Shown here piece after piece: positions 38,910 through 49,989 of a stretch of 64,000 nucleotides of DNA. The notes beneath the pieces were generated by a model. The model saw only the letters and a list, made by a program, of their open reading frames with translations. It did not search any database and was not told the DNA's origin. How positions within the stretch are numbered: position 1 is the first letter of the stretch; each line of letters starts with the position of its first letter. Origin of the DNA: Dimorphilus gyrociliatus. Lineage: Eukaryota; Animalia; Annelida. The stretch covers positions 1,550,968-1,614,967 of the forward strand of contig CAJFCJ010000009.1 of assembly GCA_904063045.1 (NCBI GenBank), in the 5' to 3' direction. The translations under genes were made by a program, and so were the position numbers.

Positions 38910-38917
38910 ACATACCC
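38910..38917 (-). other. Phase-2 5' splice site GG|GTATGT of the shared NR exon
   Basis: The minus strand reads TCT GG|GTATGTAC. Its phase complements the 1-nt overhang of all 24 cassettes. Confidence 0.85.
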
Positions 38918-39130
38918 AGATGATGGACCTCCACAAACTTGGCATGGAGGTAGAGTTGTTTTTTGTTGCTCCGTAGCTTCTTCAAATGAGTCCAATTGCT
39001 TGACAAGACTATCTTCTATAGATATTATAGTAGAAGAGGGTGAATCACTTTCGCCTTCAAGCAGAGCCAATAGATCATTTAGATCATTATCGCTGCTACT
39101 ATCTTGCGGGCTTGGGTTTGTTGAAGCCAT
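38916..39130 (-). CDS. Shared first coding exon of the NR locus: acidic A/B region + first half of zinc finger 1
   Basis: ATG at 39130. 71 codons + GG (215 nt): MASTNPSPQDSSSDNDLNDLLALLEGESD...TTLPPCQVCGGPSS-G. Followed by the donor GTATGT at 38915. It is the only CxxC-G exon I found upstream of any cassette. Confidence 0.9.
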
Positions 39131-39627
39131 ATTTAAAAATTATTTGGCAGTAATATCAGCGAATCGGTGTTTTAGTCAAATTACGCAGTTTATGTATACC
39201 TGCCAACACCTACTGTGAGATAATTCAGTTGAGTTTCGCATACTTTCACCAGGTGGTGCTGTTAGTCTCAAGTACGAAAGATATTTTCGAATTGTATTCA
39301 AAATCAGATTACATGAATTTATTATATTTTATTAGGGAATTTATTGCCTTAAATATAATAATGATTAAATTAACTATACGAAAAAATCAGGTCTTTTAAC
39401 ATCACTTCCTTTTTAATTCCGGATGTTTATACCGATGGAACGTCCAAGAATTTGTTGCTAAGATATTATTTAATAAAAATCAGCCAACTCCGTCCATTTT
39501 TTGTGATCAAGCTCTTGCAAATAATTTATTAGTTTTTATAATCCTTATCTACTATCAAGATTTGAACGGTTTAATACCGATCTAAATAATTTCCGTAACC
39601 TTGCCACATTGCGAAAGGGGATGCATA
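39131..39627. promoter_or_regulatory. Putative bidirectional promoter region between NR exon 1 (-) and CFAP20DC (+)
   Basis: About 500 bp between two head-to-head ATGs; RFX half-site-like GTTGCTAAG at 39454. The TSS cannot be seen in the sequence. Confidence 0.55.
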
Positions 39628-42045
39628 ATGTCCGATAATAATCCTCTTGAAGTGTTCAATTCACAATCGAAGACATTGTTAGAAAAATGGAATATACCGT
39701 CACACGTAAAACCTGTAATAAATTTTATTATAATTTCGTTTATTTCCTTGTTAAGTTAAACGTTGATTTTTCCAGACATTCGATAAAGAGGGAAGATGCA
39801 ACGTTCACAATCTAACAGGTAGCGCAAGAACTGTTCAAATGACCTGGCAAGCTGACAAATCGCTTAAAGGTTTTAAAGATTAATTATATTTGTTCTGACA
39901 ACTTATTATTTATACATTTATCTCTTGTTGAAGATGGTGCTAGATATAACTACGTTGTGCTCCAAACGTTTATACCAGAATTTGAGGAATTTGCCTTTGA
40001 AATCAAGTAATATTAATTAATAATTTGTAAATATATTGTACATGTATATTTTTTCTTATTTTCACAAAAGTGTGTCATTGCCGAACGAAAGTAATAAGCG
40101 CAGACTCTTCTTTACAACGAATGCTAAAGATATGAAACGAGAGACTTTTCATGCTAGAATTCCATTAGGAATAGTTAAGCGAAAAACGGTAAGAGGTCTT
40201 TTTTTCTATATACCATTTACGAAAATACTTATATAGTTAATATTCATTTAATTTTTAGTGGTTAAACTTATGTGTGGACGTTATTTCATTTATGAAATTA
40301 TGGAATGAGGAAAATTTTAATGCCATCGAAAATTTGTCAATTTCGGCTAATTGCAAACTTCGTAGAATCTTTGTTCTAAAACCGAATACAACAAACACTG
40401 GTTTGTATTATATACATAATTTATACTGTATATACATTAGTATGCATAAAAAGCATAAAAATTCTTATTAAATTATATTTAGAGTCTTCCGCATCATCAG
40501 ATATTAGAATACCCAAGCACTTTGAATATTCACATTCTTTAAATCACGAAACGCAAGTAAGTAAACTTATCTGATTTAGTATTTTAAAACGGACTTTACG
40601 CCTCTTTATTCCTATTTTTCTCTTTTACAGCTCATTGACTATTTTTGCATTGTTAGAGAATATGGCTCCATTGAACTAAGAATCGGTACGTATAAATTTT
40701 TCTATTATGTTATTGATACATATATATTTTATTCAATAGGCAGTGGAGAAATGAAGCAACCTCATCCACCTTCTACAATGCCAAATCAAAAGCCACGACC
40801 AGGTCGAAAGGTTAAAAGTGGTGGTAAAGGGAAAGCAACGTCTGCACAAGATGAAAATAGTAAGTTTTTTCTTTGTTTAAAATTCTTACCTTAATTTATC
40901 TATTTATTTTTTTTTTAAATAGAAAATTTAAGCGAAGAATTATCTGATGTTATCGACACTTTAAATAAAGGGGACAAAATTAACAAGACGTCTGACACAG
41001 AGTAATTTACTGTTGAAAACACTTTCTAATAACTTACATAATTTGAACGTACTTTCACTTATTTAGCGAAAAATCAGAACCTACTTTATATACTTACTCT
41101 TCACAACCTGTGGCTGTTCAACGAAAGAGCCCTTCAACGAAAGCTATAAGAAATCGCCAAGTGTTTAAAGTGATATTACTTTCTTTCTAAATTTAAAAAT
41201 TTTAAGGGTGTTCTATTTTCTAAAGCAGAATATCAAGATAGACGACAACGACTTTGTTTCCGATTCTGACGGAGATTCAGATAAAGAGAGAAGACATAAA
41301 GATGACAAGTGCCAAGAGAAACCTAAAAGAACTATGCTAAAACGTAGTGTTAAGAAAAACACTTTAAAATTAAGCTCTTATAACAACGTTGTCCAACAGA
41401 AAGTTTGTATATTGTAGACTCTGCAATAAATATTTAATGATTTATATTTTTTACTACAATTGTTAAGAAACCAACCGATGCAAAACTTTCCGTCCAAGAA
41501 TATACAACAGTTGGTTCTTTTGAGATAGATAGCATTGAAGCAGACATAATTAGAGCTATGCAAAAGGAAGATGAAGAAACCTATCAGAGCAATAACTTTG
41601 AGAGGTAAATAAAACAATGTGTATGAGAATTTTTATATCATAATGTTTTCATTCGATTTAGGTTTAAGGATCATACTTTTGGAAAAGACCCTGAGGAGGA
41701 TCACTTTGTCGAAACTAACAATCATTTATTAGTTCAAGATGTACATTTGTACAAGGACGAAATTAAAGATCAGTCTGGAAGATGGAGTACTGATTTTTTC
41801 AGTCAAAGTCATGTTCGAAATGATCTCAGAGAAATGAATAAGAAACGTATGTATTTAAATATAAACAGGTATTCTGTTTTGTAAAATAGTATTCTTTTTT
41901 TTCTGTTAAAGATTCGTCCGGCCCGGTCAAACAAAACTCTTCAGATTCTTCTAGCGACGAGGATGAGATGTTAGACTTGTATTTTGATCCAACTTTAAAT
42001 TGTTACTTCGATCCAGACTCTAAGATTTACTATGAGCTGAAATAA
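39628..42045 (+). CDS. CFAP20DC: CFAP20 domain-containing protein (C3orf67/CFAP20DC-like), multi-exon, C-terminal OCRE-like motif
   Basis: Spliced manual translation: MSDNNPLEVFNSQSKTLLEKWNIPSH|TFDKEGRC...|YVVLQTFIPEF...|KRRLFFTT...HARIPL...|WLNLCVD...SANCKLRRIFVLK; ends LDLYFDPTLNCYFDPDSKIYYELK*. Both ends match remembered C3orf67 motifs. The true start may lie in an upstream exon. Confidence 0.85.
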
Positions 42046-42309
42046 GCATAATATTTTTATTGTTTTATTATATTTTTTGTTTATAGTTTGGTTGAATAAA
42101 CTCTACAGTTTTCTGGATTTACATAGATGAAACATATTTCCTACGTATTATTTTCAATTGGAATAATTTCTTTACTGTCTTTACTACAATAGGTGGGTGT
42201 AAAATCTTCTTCACTTGTTACTTCTGTTTCATATAGGCTAAGAAAGCAGAAATATTTTGTACTTATATGGTCAAATAACTTAATAAAATGATTTCTCCAT
42301 ATTTACCTG

Positions 42310-43992
42310 CTATCTTGATAAAAATTCCTTTTTTGGATAAGTAAGAGTATTACTGATATAGATAAAATAATGACAGGAATCAAGATGGTCGCCAAATGTC
42401 TAGACCAGATTGACGTTTTCGATTTGTCGATCGTTTTTCGTCTTTTTATCTCAGCTATGAAAAAATAGAAAAGCTATTGAAGAATTTTCTTTCCATTTTT
42501 AAACACAATAGACCTGAACAACTAAATCTTTCACAATCCACTCTTTCTATAATTTTTTCTATACCTTCGCACTTTCGACCGTCAATTGAAGGTTTTGGAT
42601 TGGAGCATGAACGGATTTTTGTTACTGTCCTCTTACCCTTTCCACAAGTAAGACTACAAGAAGAACTTTTAGCTACAGTCCATCTTGTCCATGATCCATG
42701 AACTATTAAACAAAATATTGCTTAGTATGCGTTAAGAATTTTTGCTGCAGTTACAGGCCTATGCAAGGCGATTCTTTTGCACACAGTTTTTCCTCTTTAC
42801 ATATTCTATTTTTTTCCTTATTACAGTATTTTGTTCTTTGTTTAATAGGTTTCGAGTTACTCTTCTTACAATCGTGAGTACATTGTCCCCAGTCAGACCA
42901 GTTGATAGACGTAGGACATATGAATGTATTGCATGACTGTTTTTGAACTATTGGACCTAAACAGGTTAAATCTGAGATGTTTTTTGTACAGTTTCGTCTG
43001 CGATGTTGAAGCCCGTTGAACCCACAAGTTTTGGAACAGTCTGTCCATAAACTCCATTCAGTCCATGAACTGTCAATATAACAGTTTTCTTTCTATTTAA
43101 ATGCCATTTACAAAGAGTATAGTAAAGATAAAAAAATATTAAAATTATTTTACATATAGACGACGATATCGGGATTTCATGCATGGCTTCCTTTGATATT
43201 CGACAGATCGTCCTTGACATTGTTTACCTAATAAAATTCTTTAATAGCAAAGGTTTTCATTTTAATTTATTGGAAAGAGCCCCTCTTTCTATTAGATCTA
43301 CATTACTCTGGTTTTTGAGAACCGTATACCAAGTTTATAGTAGTTGGATTAGTGCATGATCTATTTCTTTGATATATCTCATATAATAATGTACATTTCT
43401 CTTTACAATAACTCTGAAATAGTGTCCAATGAGACCAATTGGACCAATTCCCATGTCGAAAACAAGTTACAGGTAGTTTTATAATATACTCTCTCATAAG
43501 CAGTATACTACCCTGTCCTTGGCTGAGAGCGCATATAGTTTGAAGATAATCAAAACAGCCAAGTTTATAGCACAAAACATTTCCAATTATACCTATTGCC
43601 TTAAAATAGAGAGAGAAGATTATATTTGGTTCTTATCGCTATTATTCATAATAACAGTTTTTTTTATTTGAAAAGGGATTAAATATGGCTTATCAAATTA
43701 TTAACTTTACCTTTGTACTCTGAACTGACGTGAGATTTTCAGAGCAGTAATTAATTTTTAGTGTTATACACTTATATAAGTAACGATAAATTGACAAAAA
43801 AGAAGCGTTAGGCATCCCAATAAGTCTATAACGTTGGTATCTGTTTAAGTATAGTTGTGATATTTTATAACTAGACTCTATTACGTTAATATCTTTCCAA
43901 GATCCAGAATCGATACTGAACTTGCTTATTTTTCTATTAAACAAAGAAATATTTTGAATTAAATCGTTTTTTCTTTTCAAAAGGAAACTCAA
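42310..43992 (-). CDS. Thrombospondin type-1 repeat protein (about 4 TSRs) with hydrophobic C-terminal segment; multi-exon, 5' end uncertain
   Basis: WSNWSHW...RNRSCTNP; SWTEWSLWTDCSKTCG...RRRNC; WSDWGQCTHDC; GSWTRWT...CSLTCG.G...RSCSNP.P...G..C.G. The last exon contains ATILIPVIIFIYIS. TAG at 42312-42310. Confidence 0.65.
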
Positions 43993-44227
43993 TACTTATA
44001 ATCGTTTAGTTCAAAATTCTGACACTTTAAGATCAAGTGTAAAAAATCTATTGCGATTAAAAGTCTGTATTTTAAAAAATAGATAAATAAATTGATATAC
44101 ATATATAAGTATATAAATTAGCATATCAATATAAAATATTAATAGAAATCTAACAGTAAGAAAAGTGAAGCTGTGATTATTCTATTCATGATATTCTATT
44201 CCTTTTAAAATGATTTGTATGACGTAA

Positions 44228-44228
<1 letters not shown>

Positions 44229-44260
<32 letters not shown>
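44229..44260. repeat. (TA)16 microsatellite
   Basis: Read directly from the sequence. Confidence 0.9.
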
Positions 44261-44262
<2 letters not shown>

Positions 44263-44470
44263 TATATAGTTAGTATATCACTTACTGTTACTTTCCAAAT
44301 TATTGAATTTATAATATTCTATGTAAAATTCATGTAATTTTATTGAAAATTAGCTTTTTTGTGGGATGTTTTATTTGATATTTAGATCAGATGAAATAAT
44401 ACTTAATTTCGCGCCAAAATTACTGAAGCTTTACCAGTTTCTTCGGAAGTAGTTGTCTGCTAGACCGTCT

Positions 44471-44485
44471 GTTGTTCATGGTAAC
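44471..44485 (+). promoter_or_regulatory. RFX X-box-like element upstream of ENO4
   Basis: GTTGTTCATGGTAAC, ~40 bp before the ATG. The CATGGTAAC half matches the GTNRCC(N0-3)RGYAAC consensus; the other half has mismatches. Confidence 0.5.
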
Positions 44486-44526
44486 AGAATAACTAAGAAA
44501 ACTTTTACACAACTTTTATAATAAAA

Positions 44527-47500
44527 ATGGAAAAGGTAGAACTTGAGGAGCCTCTTCCAGAAATACAATATCGTAAGGCAACTAGTGCCGAAATGTATGC
44601 TTTAAAGAAGCAAGCCGTACAGTATTATAAAGAAAATGGTGTCCCTTTAAAGATGGAAAATGTAATGAATGAAATGTTCTACGATAGACCGGATGATGTT
44701 TTTGGACATATAGTGATTATATATTATTTTTATACAATATAATATAATCTTTATAATATAATTCATATTTTAGGCAAACTATTTTGAGTCTTTTGCAAAA
44801 GCAGTTACAATAAACAAAGTGAGTTCAATAATTATAGCCGTCTCTTTCAATTATGAGATTCTTATCACTTCTAAATTAAGGTTGAACTTCTGGATACTTT
44901 CGATTCAAGGGGTCAACAATCGTTAACAACTAATTTGTATGGAATAGTTAGGAATAATTCTAAACTGCTGGCAGAAACACAATTAACTAGCTCCTCTCGT
45001 CTTCCCGATTACTCTTCACCAGAAGAAAAAGAGAATGATGCAGTTGAACGACAAGAATCATTAAAGGCTTCTATTGAGTTAATTAATGATAAAATATCTC
45101 CAGTTTTAATAGGAATTGACGTTAACGAACAGAATCAAATTGATGAGGAGATATCAAAAATACTCTTACCTTTACAAGAAGCTCTGGATAAAGAGAGACA
45201 AGAAGAAGAGAATAAGAAAAAAGAGGAACAAGAGAGAATAGAAGCGGAAAAGGTAGTCAGTGCGAAAGATAAAAGAAAATCTCCCAAAGTCAAAGGAAAA
45301 GGAGCTGCTGTGGTTATTATACCAGATGAACCAAAAGACAAACTAATTCCTGGTTATGAATCTGGTTGCATTGTGTCGAAAAGTGTTTGTAAAGCGGGAT
45401 CTTTTGTTAAAAATTGCGAATTATACGAATATATTGGGAGTTTGACCGGAAAAGATCAATTTAAGATTCCATTACCAATGTTTACAATTTTCTATAGTGG
45501 AAGAGCTGCACCTGGAAAACAGAATTACGTTAAAGAATATATGATTATACCATCCCCAACTAAAACGCTTTCTCAGGTGTGGCAACAATTCGTCGATACA
45601 TATTATATTATTTATTCAATTATTTAATTTCCTTTCCCTTCTATGGTAAAATTAAACAGGCCGTAAAAGAGAGCGTACAGATCTATAACACCATAGGAGA
45701 TATCCTAGCATCTAAGGCCGCGGTAATTATAAAAACTTTCTATTTTATTATCATAACTAACGGAATAAAGATTACTAATTTCATCACGAAAAAGCCAAAT
45801 TTATCCTTGTTTTAATAATTTATAAGAAACAAATCAATTTCATTTACAAGGATGAAGAAATTTATTACTAATTTAATTAATCCATGCCTCTTCTCACCCA
45901 CCAAAAAGAGGTTTAATTTTTTGTTTACCTCAATCTTTTGCGCTTTCAATATAAAATCAAGTTAATTTGGTCTTGAATGCAATAATAGACATTAATCAAT
46001 TAACATAACAGAATAATTTGACGCCATGTTTTTTTGATAAAAAGAAATTGACTTATTACTCTTTTGGGATTTTATTTTAAGTTTTTTGTTTTGCTTTCAC
46101 AATTTTTTTTACAGCTTTCATCAGCAAAAGGCAAAAAAATGCCGAATGTGAGTGTGCTTATTTTATATAAAAGAAAAAAAGAGATAAATAGAGAAAACTG
46201 AAATAGATAAAAAAAAAAGAGAGTGAGAGAGACAGAGAGAGGAAGAGAAATATGATTTACTCTCCTCCCTTCTCAATGTCTCTTCTATTCACCTTCTCTA
46301 TCATTTTTTTCTTTTATTATTATTTTTATTCAAAATTTTGTTTATTTCTTCAGTTTTTTATTGATTTTGTTCCTACTTTAACAAAAATTAAACAACATTT
46401 AACAGAAACTGCACCAATTTCAAACAATTCATTATAATTCATTTTCATAGATATTATCTATATAAATGCACTTATATTCTAGGCCAGCGATAAAGGTGGT
46501 AAAAAGCAAAATTCTATTATCAATGAGGGACCTTACGTATGTGTACCTTTGCTAATTCTATCTGCCATTTTATCTTATCGGTTTACCCTTTTTCGTATTT
46601 CTTTAATAGTATTTATTCATAGTTTTTTATATTTTGTTCTTTCTTCTTTCCATTCTTTTTCTCTATACGTCGAATTTGTTAAATTTTTTTTTATTAGTAA
46701 TATTAGTATATAGCTATTTGCAAAATGTATGGATTATTGGATAATTTATTTACCTATAGATTACATCTAAGCTGGTAAATGATACTGGTGCGTTTTGCAC
46801 ACCTTTGGATAGGATTGAACAAGGCTTAGATCTTATTCAAGATGCTATGAAACATCTTAATCTAGAATCTGGAACCGATTTCTATTTCGCGTTAAATTTA
46901 AGTGGTCAAGAAGTTTTTGATTATGTAAAAAATACTCTTTTATTTAGTATCTTATTGATAAATCAATGAGATATTCTTTTTCTTTATAGGAGAAAGGCAA
47001 ATATGAAATTGTTGCTGGAATTCAAAAGACTGGAGATGATTTAGCTGATGTTTTAAATGACATTTTGAATAAATACCCAGGAGTAATAGCTTTAATCGAT
47101 CCTGTAAGAAAGGAGGTTAGTAAATGAAATGAATAGCAATATCTTTCATGATTATAGAAAGCAAATTAGCAATATGAAAAAGAAAAGAAACTCGTTTTCT
47201 CTGCTTTAGCTTAAAACGCGAGTTTTTCTATAAATCAATGCAAAGTAATTGCGTATTTTAAAAGAAAAGACTATAGGTTCAGTTATATACCTTATAAAGA
47301 TCAAATTGTAAATACCTTTTATATATTCAAAACAATGCCATCAATTGATTGATAGCAGTTAAAGAAAAGGGAGACAGCAACAAAGAGATCAATATAAAAT
47401 ATAATGAAATATATCTAAATATTCTAACAGGAGAAGCAGGCTTGGCAAAAAATAAGTGAAAAAATCTCACCAAGATGTTATATTGGAAGGAATGTGAACA

Positions 47501-48057
47501 CGCGTCACTTTTTCAATGATATACCAAATCCAGAATTACCTATAAGCGCATCTGTTTTAAAATTAGAAACATCTACAATATCGCACATTACCTCGGTTAT
47601 TTCACACTCTGATGGTAGTGTATTGACTTTTCTTTTATTATACTTCAATCAGAATGACCAACCCTTCCTTTTTATTTAAAAACAGCTAATGAAATCGTTA
47701 CGATTATGCAAAGTAGCCAGGGTGAAAGTGAAGATTCTTTTATATCCGATTTGGTTTGTTATCATTTCAATTTCTTACTATTTACAAACAATTTAAAGCC
47801 AAAAAGCTTAATAATTCTATTGTAAACTCTTTTTTTGTTATACTGAACATATTTGTAAACAGGCCGTCGCGAACGATTGTAAGTTTATACACGTAGGAGC
47901 ACCGTGTAGAGGAGAGAGGTTGTCAAAAGTTAATAGACTTTTGAGAATTGAACAGTTATTGGGCGATAAAGCATTAAAATGGCCGGAAAATTTTGAATTT
48001 CCCTATCTTCCAATTCCACAAGTAGAGGAACCGGAAGAAGAAGAAAAAGTTGAATAA
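44527..48057 (+). CDS. ENO4: Enolase 4-like (flagellar enolase-like protein), multi-exon
   Basis: N-terminus [39 protein letters not shown] resembles the ENO4 extension. The enolase C-terminus is recognisable: [14 protein letters not shown]...[22 protein letters not shown] at 48055-48057. Confidence 0.85.
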
Positions 48058-48768
48058 AAATTTAACTATTGCTTTTTTTTTATTGCCTTTATTATATTTT
48101 TAATATAAAATTGTAAATAATTTAAACAAAAGGAAAGAGAAAAAAGATTTACTTAGCAATATAAAAGAAATGAGTAATTCGACTCTATTCTTTATTCTGT
48201 TTCTTATCATTTTAACACTATCATATAACTTTCATTTCTTACTCTTTTCTGGTATAGAAGTATAGTATGACTTATATATTTTATCAATATTTCTTTCCTG
48301 AATCTCTCTTCTTCTTCTTCTTCTTCTTCTCTTCCAATTATTATTGTCAGTCGTTTCTAATAAACGAGAGAAGCTCTCCATTCCTAACTTCTAAACAATC
48401 TCTTTATAAACGAAACAAAACGTCTATTAACGAATGAATTGATTAAATTAATATAATCATATTAATATGTTCATGTTGAGGGAAGGAATAGAGCTTTTGT
48501 CTCCAGGCCTAAATAAAATATCGAATACCCAGTACTTTGATAATAATAATATTTTCTTAAAAAATCTTGTTTATATAAGCTACCTAGTCATATTTTAGTT
48601 GGTTAAGATTAACGAAGAATTAATGCTTGTGCGAAGAAAAAGTCGTTATAACATAAATTTCTATTTTGTATAGAAATAGCAGAATATTTATTCGATTTTT
48701 GTTTCTTTCTTTTTTGGTTTGTAAATAATTAAAAAGTAGGAGAGAAATTCCAAAAATTGTTCATTTAT

Positions 48769-49989
48769 TTAACTCTTCGTTTCTACTGGAGATGATGGAG
48801 GCGATGAGTAACTGTTCTCTGTATCGTTATTTTTATCAAATTCTTCGATATTTTCTCCGTCTTCTCTCGATCTCACGCTACTATCTTCCGTCTCTCTTCC
48901 CCTTTTTATAACACCGTTTGTATGATTATAACCTACAAGGTAAAAAGTTTATTAAATCAACTTTTTTAAACAGATAATTGTAGTATTTATTATACCATTA
49001 GCTGACTCCTTTGTTCTGTTATCTATCATTATGCCACGGGAATAACCTGTTACCGTATAACTGGTTTCCATGGGAGCTCTATGGTGCCTAAAAGAATAAT
49101 TCCTTGGTCCTCGATGATTTAATGGCATTCTATAATTATAAATCATAGGGTCTTCCGGGAAAACTTCCCGTCCTTGTTCAAATTTCTTTGGAGGTAATAG
49201 ATGAACGACATTCTTACCGCTATAAGGTCTTTCTATTGGAGTTGAGGCAGGAGGATTTGGGGTAGTGGCACCCTTTAGATCATATTTTCTTGCAATTGGG
49301 TGTAACTCTTGTTCTATACTAGTACCTATACTATTTCTAGTGGAATAAGTAGGCTTGAACGATTGTTTTCTTCTCCTAATATCACCGGATTTGGCAGATG
49401 GTAAAGAACCTCCAACGCTCCGGATTCTTTCAGTTTTAACAGTAAAATCCTTGGGAGATTGCATCATTCCCGCTCTTCTTAATCTTTCCGTTTGAACGGC
49501 TGCTGTTTGAACTGGACCATTTGAAACAGATGCTCTTAAAAGCAACTTCATATGGCCAGCATTCCTTGGTTGAATTGATTTTCTTTCGGTATTAGAATCT
49601 TTTATAACCTGAACTCCTTCAACTAAAGCTATCGGCGGGTCTCTTCTTGGTTTGCGTCGAATTTCCAATTTTTCTTTAACGGCTAATTGAAGTTGTAGAT
49701 GATTATCAGGCGTAACCTTGTTGGTAATCGATGCAGTATCTCGAATTATCTTACCACCTCCAAATTTTGGCATAGGCATTTTCAATAATTTCTTATCAAA
49801 TCTTTTAAGAGCTGCCGTCCAATTATTAACTTCTGAATCATATAGCGCTTGGTTTAAAGCGTTTAACCGGGCTATATAATCGTTTTTAACGGCTCCCGGA
49901 CTTTGTTGTTGGTGGAAGGCGCTTAACGGCCTTACAGCGGAAGCGTTAAGTGACGCTTGATCGACGCAGCTGAAAAACGATTGAAACAT
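48769..49989 (-). CDS. Basic, probably disordered hypothetical protein; large exon plus short acidic last exon
   Basis: 345 aa ORF from an ATG directly preceded by an in-frame TGA. Likely donor G|GTATA near 48996 and acceptor ttgtag near 48934, giving a last exon ...SSPPSSPVETKS*. No family recognised. Confidence 0.6.

Noticed and set aside
38709-39218. 169 aa plus-strand ORF
   Set aside because: Antisense shadow of the shared NR exon; no recognisable features.
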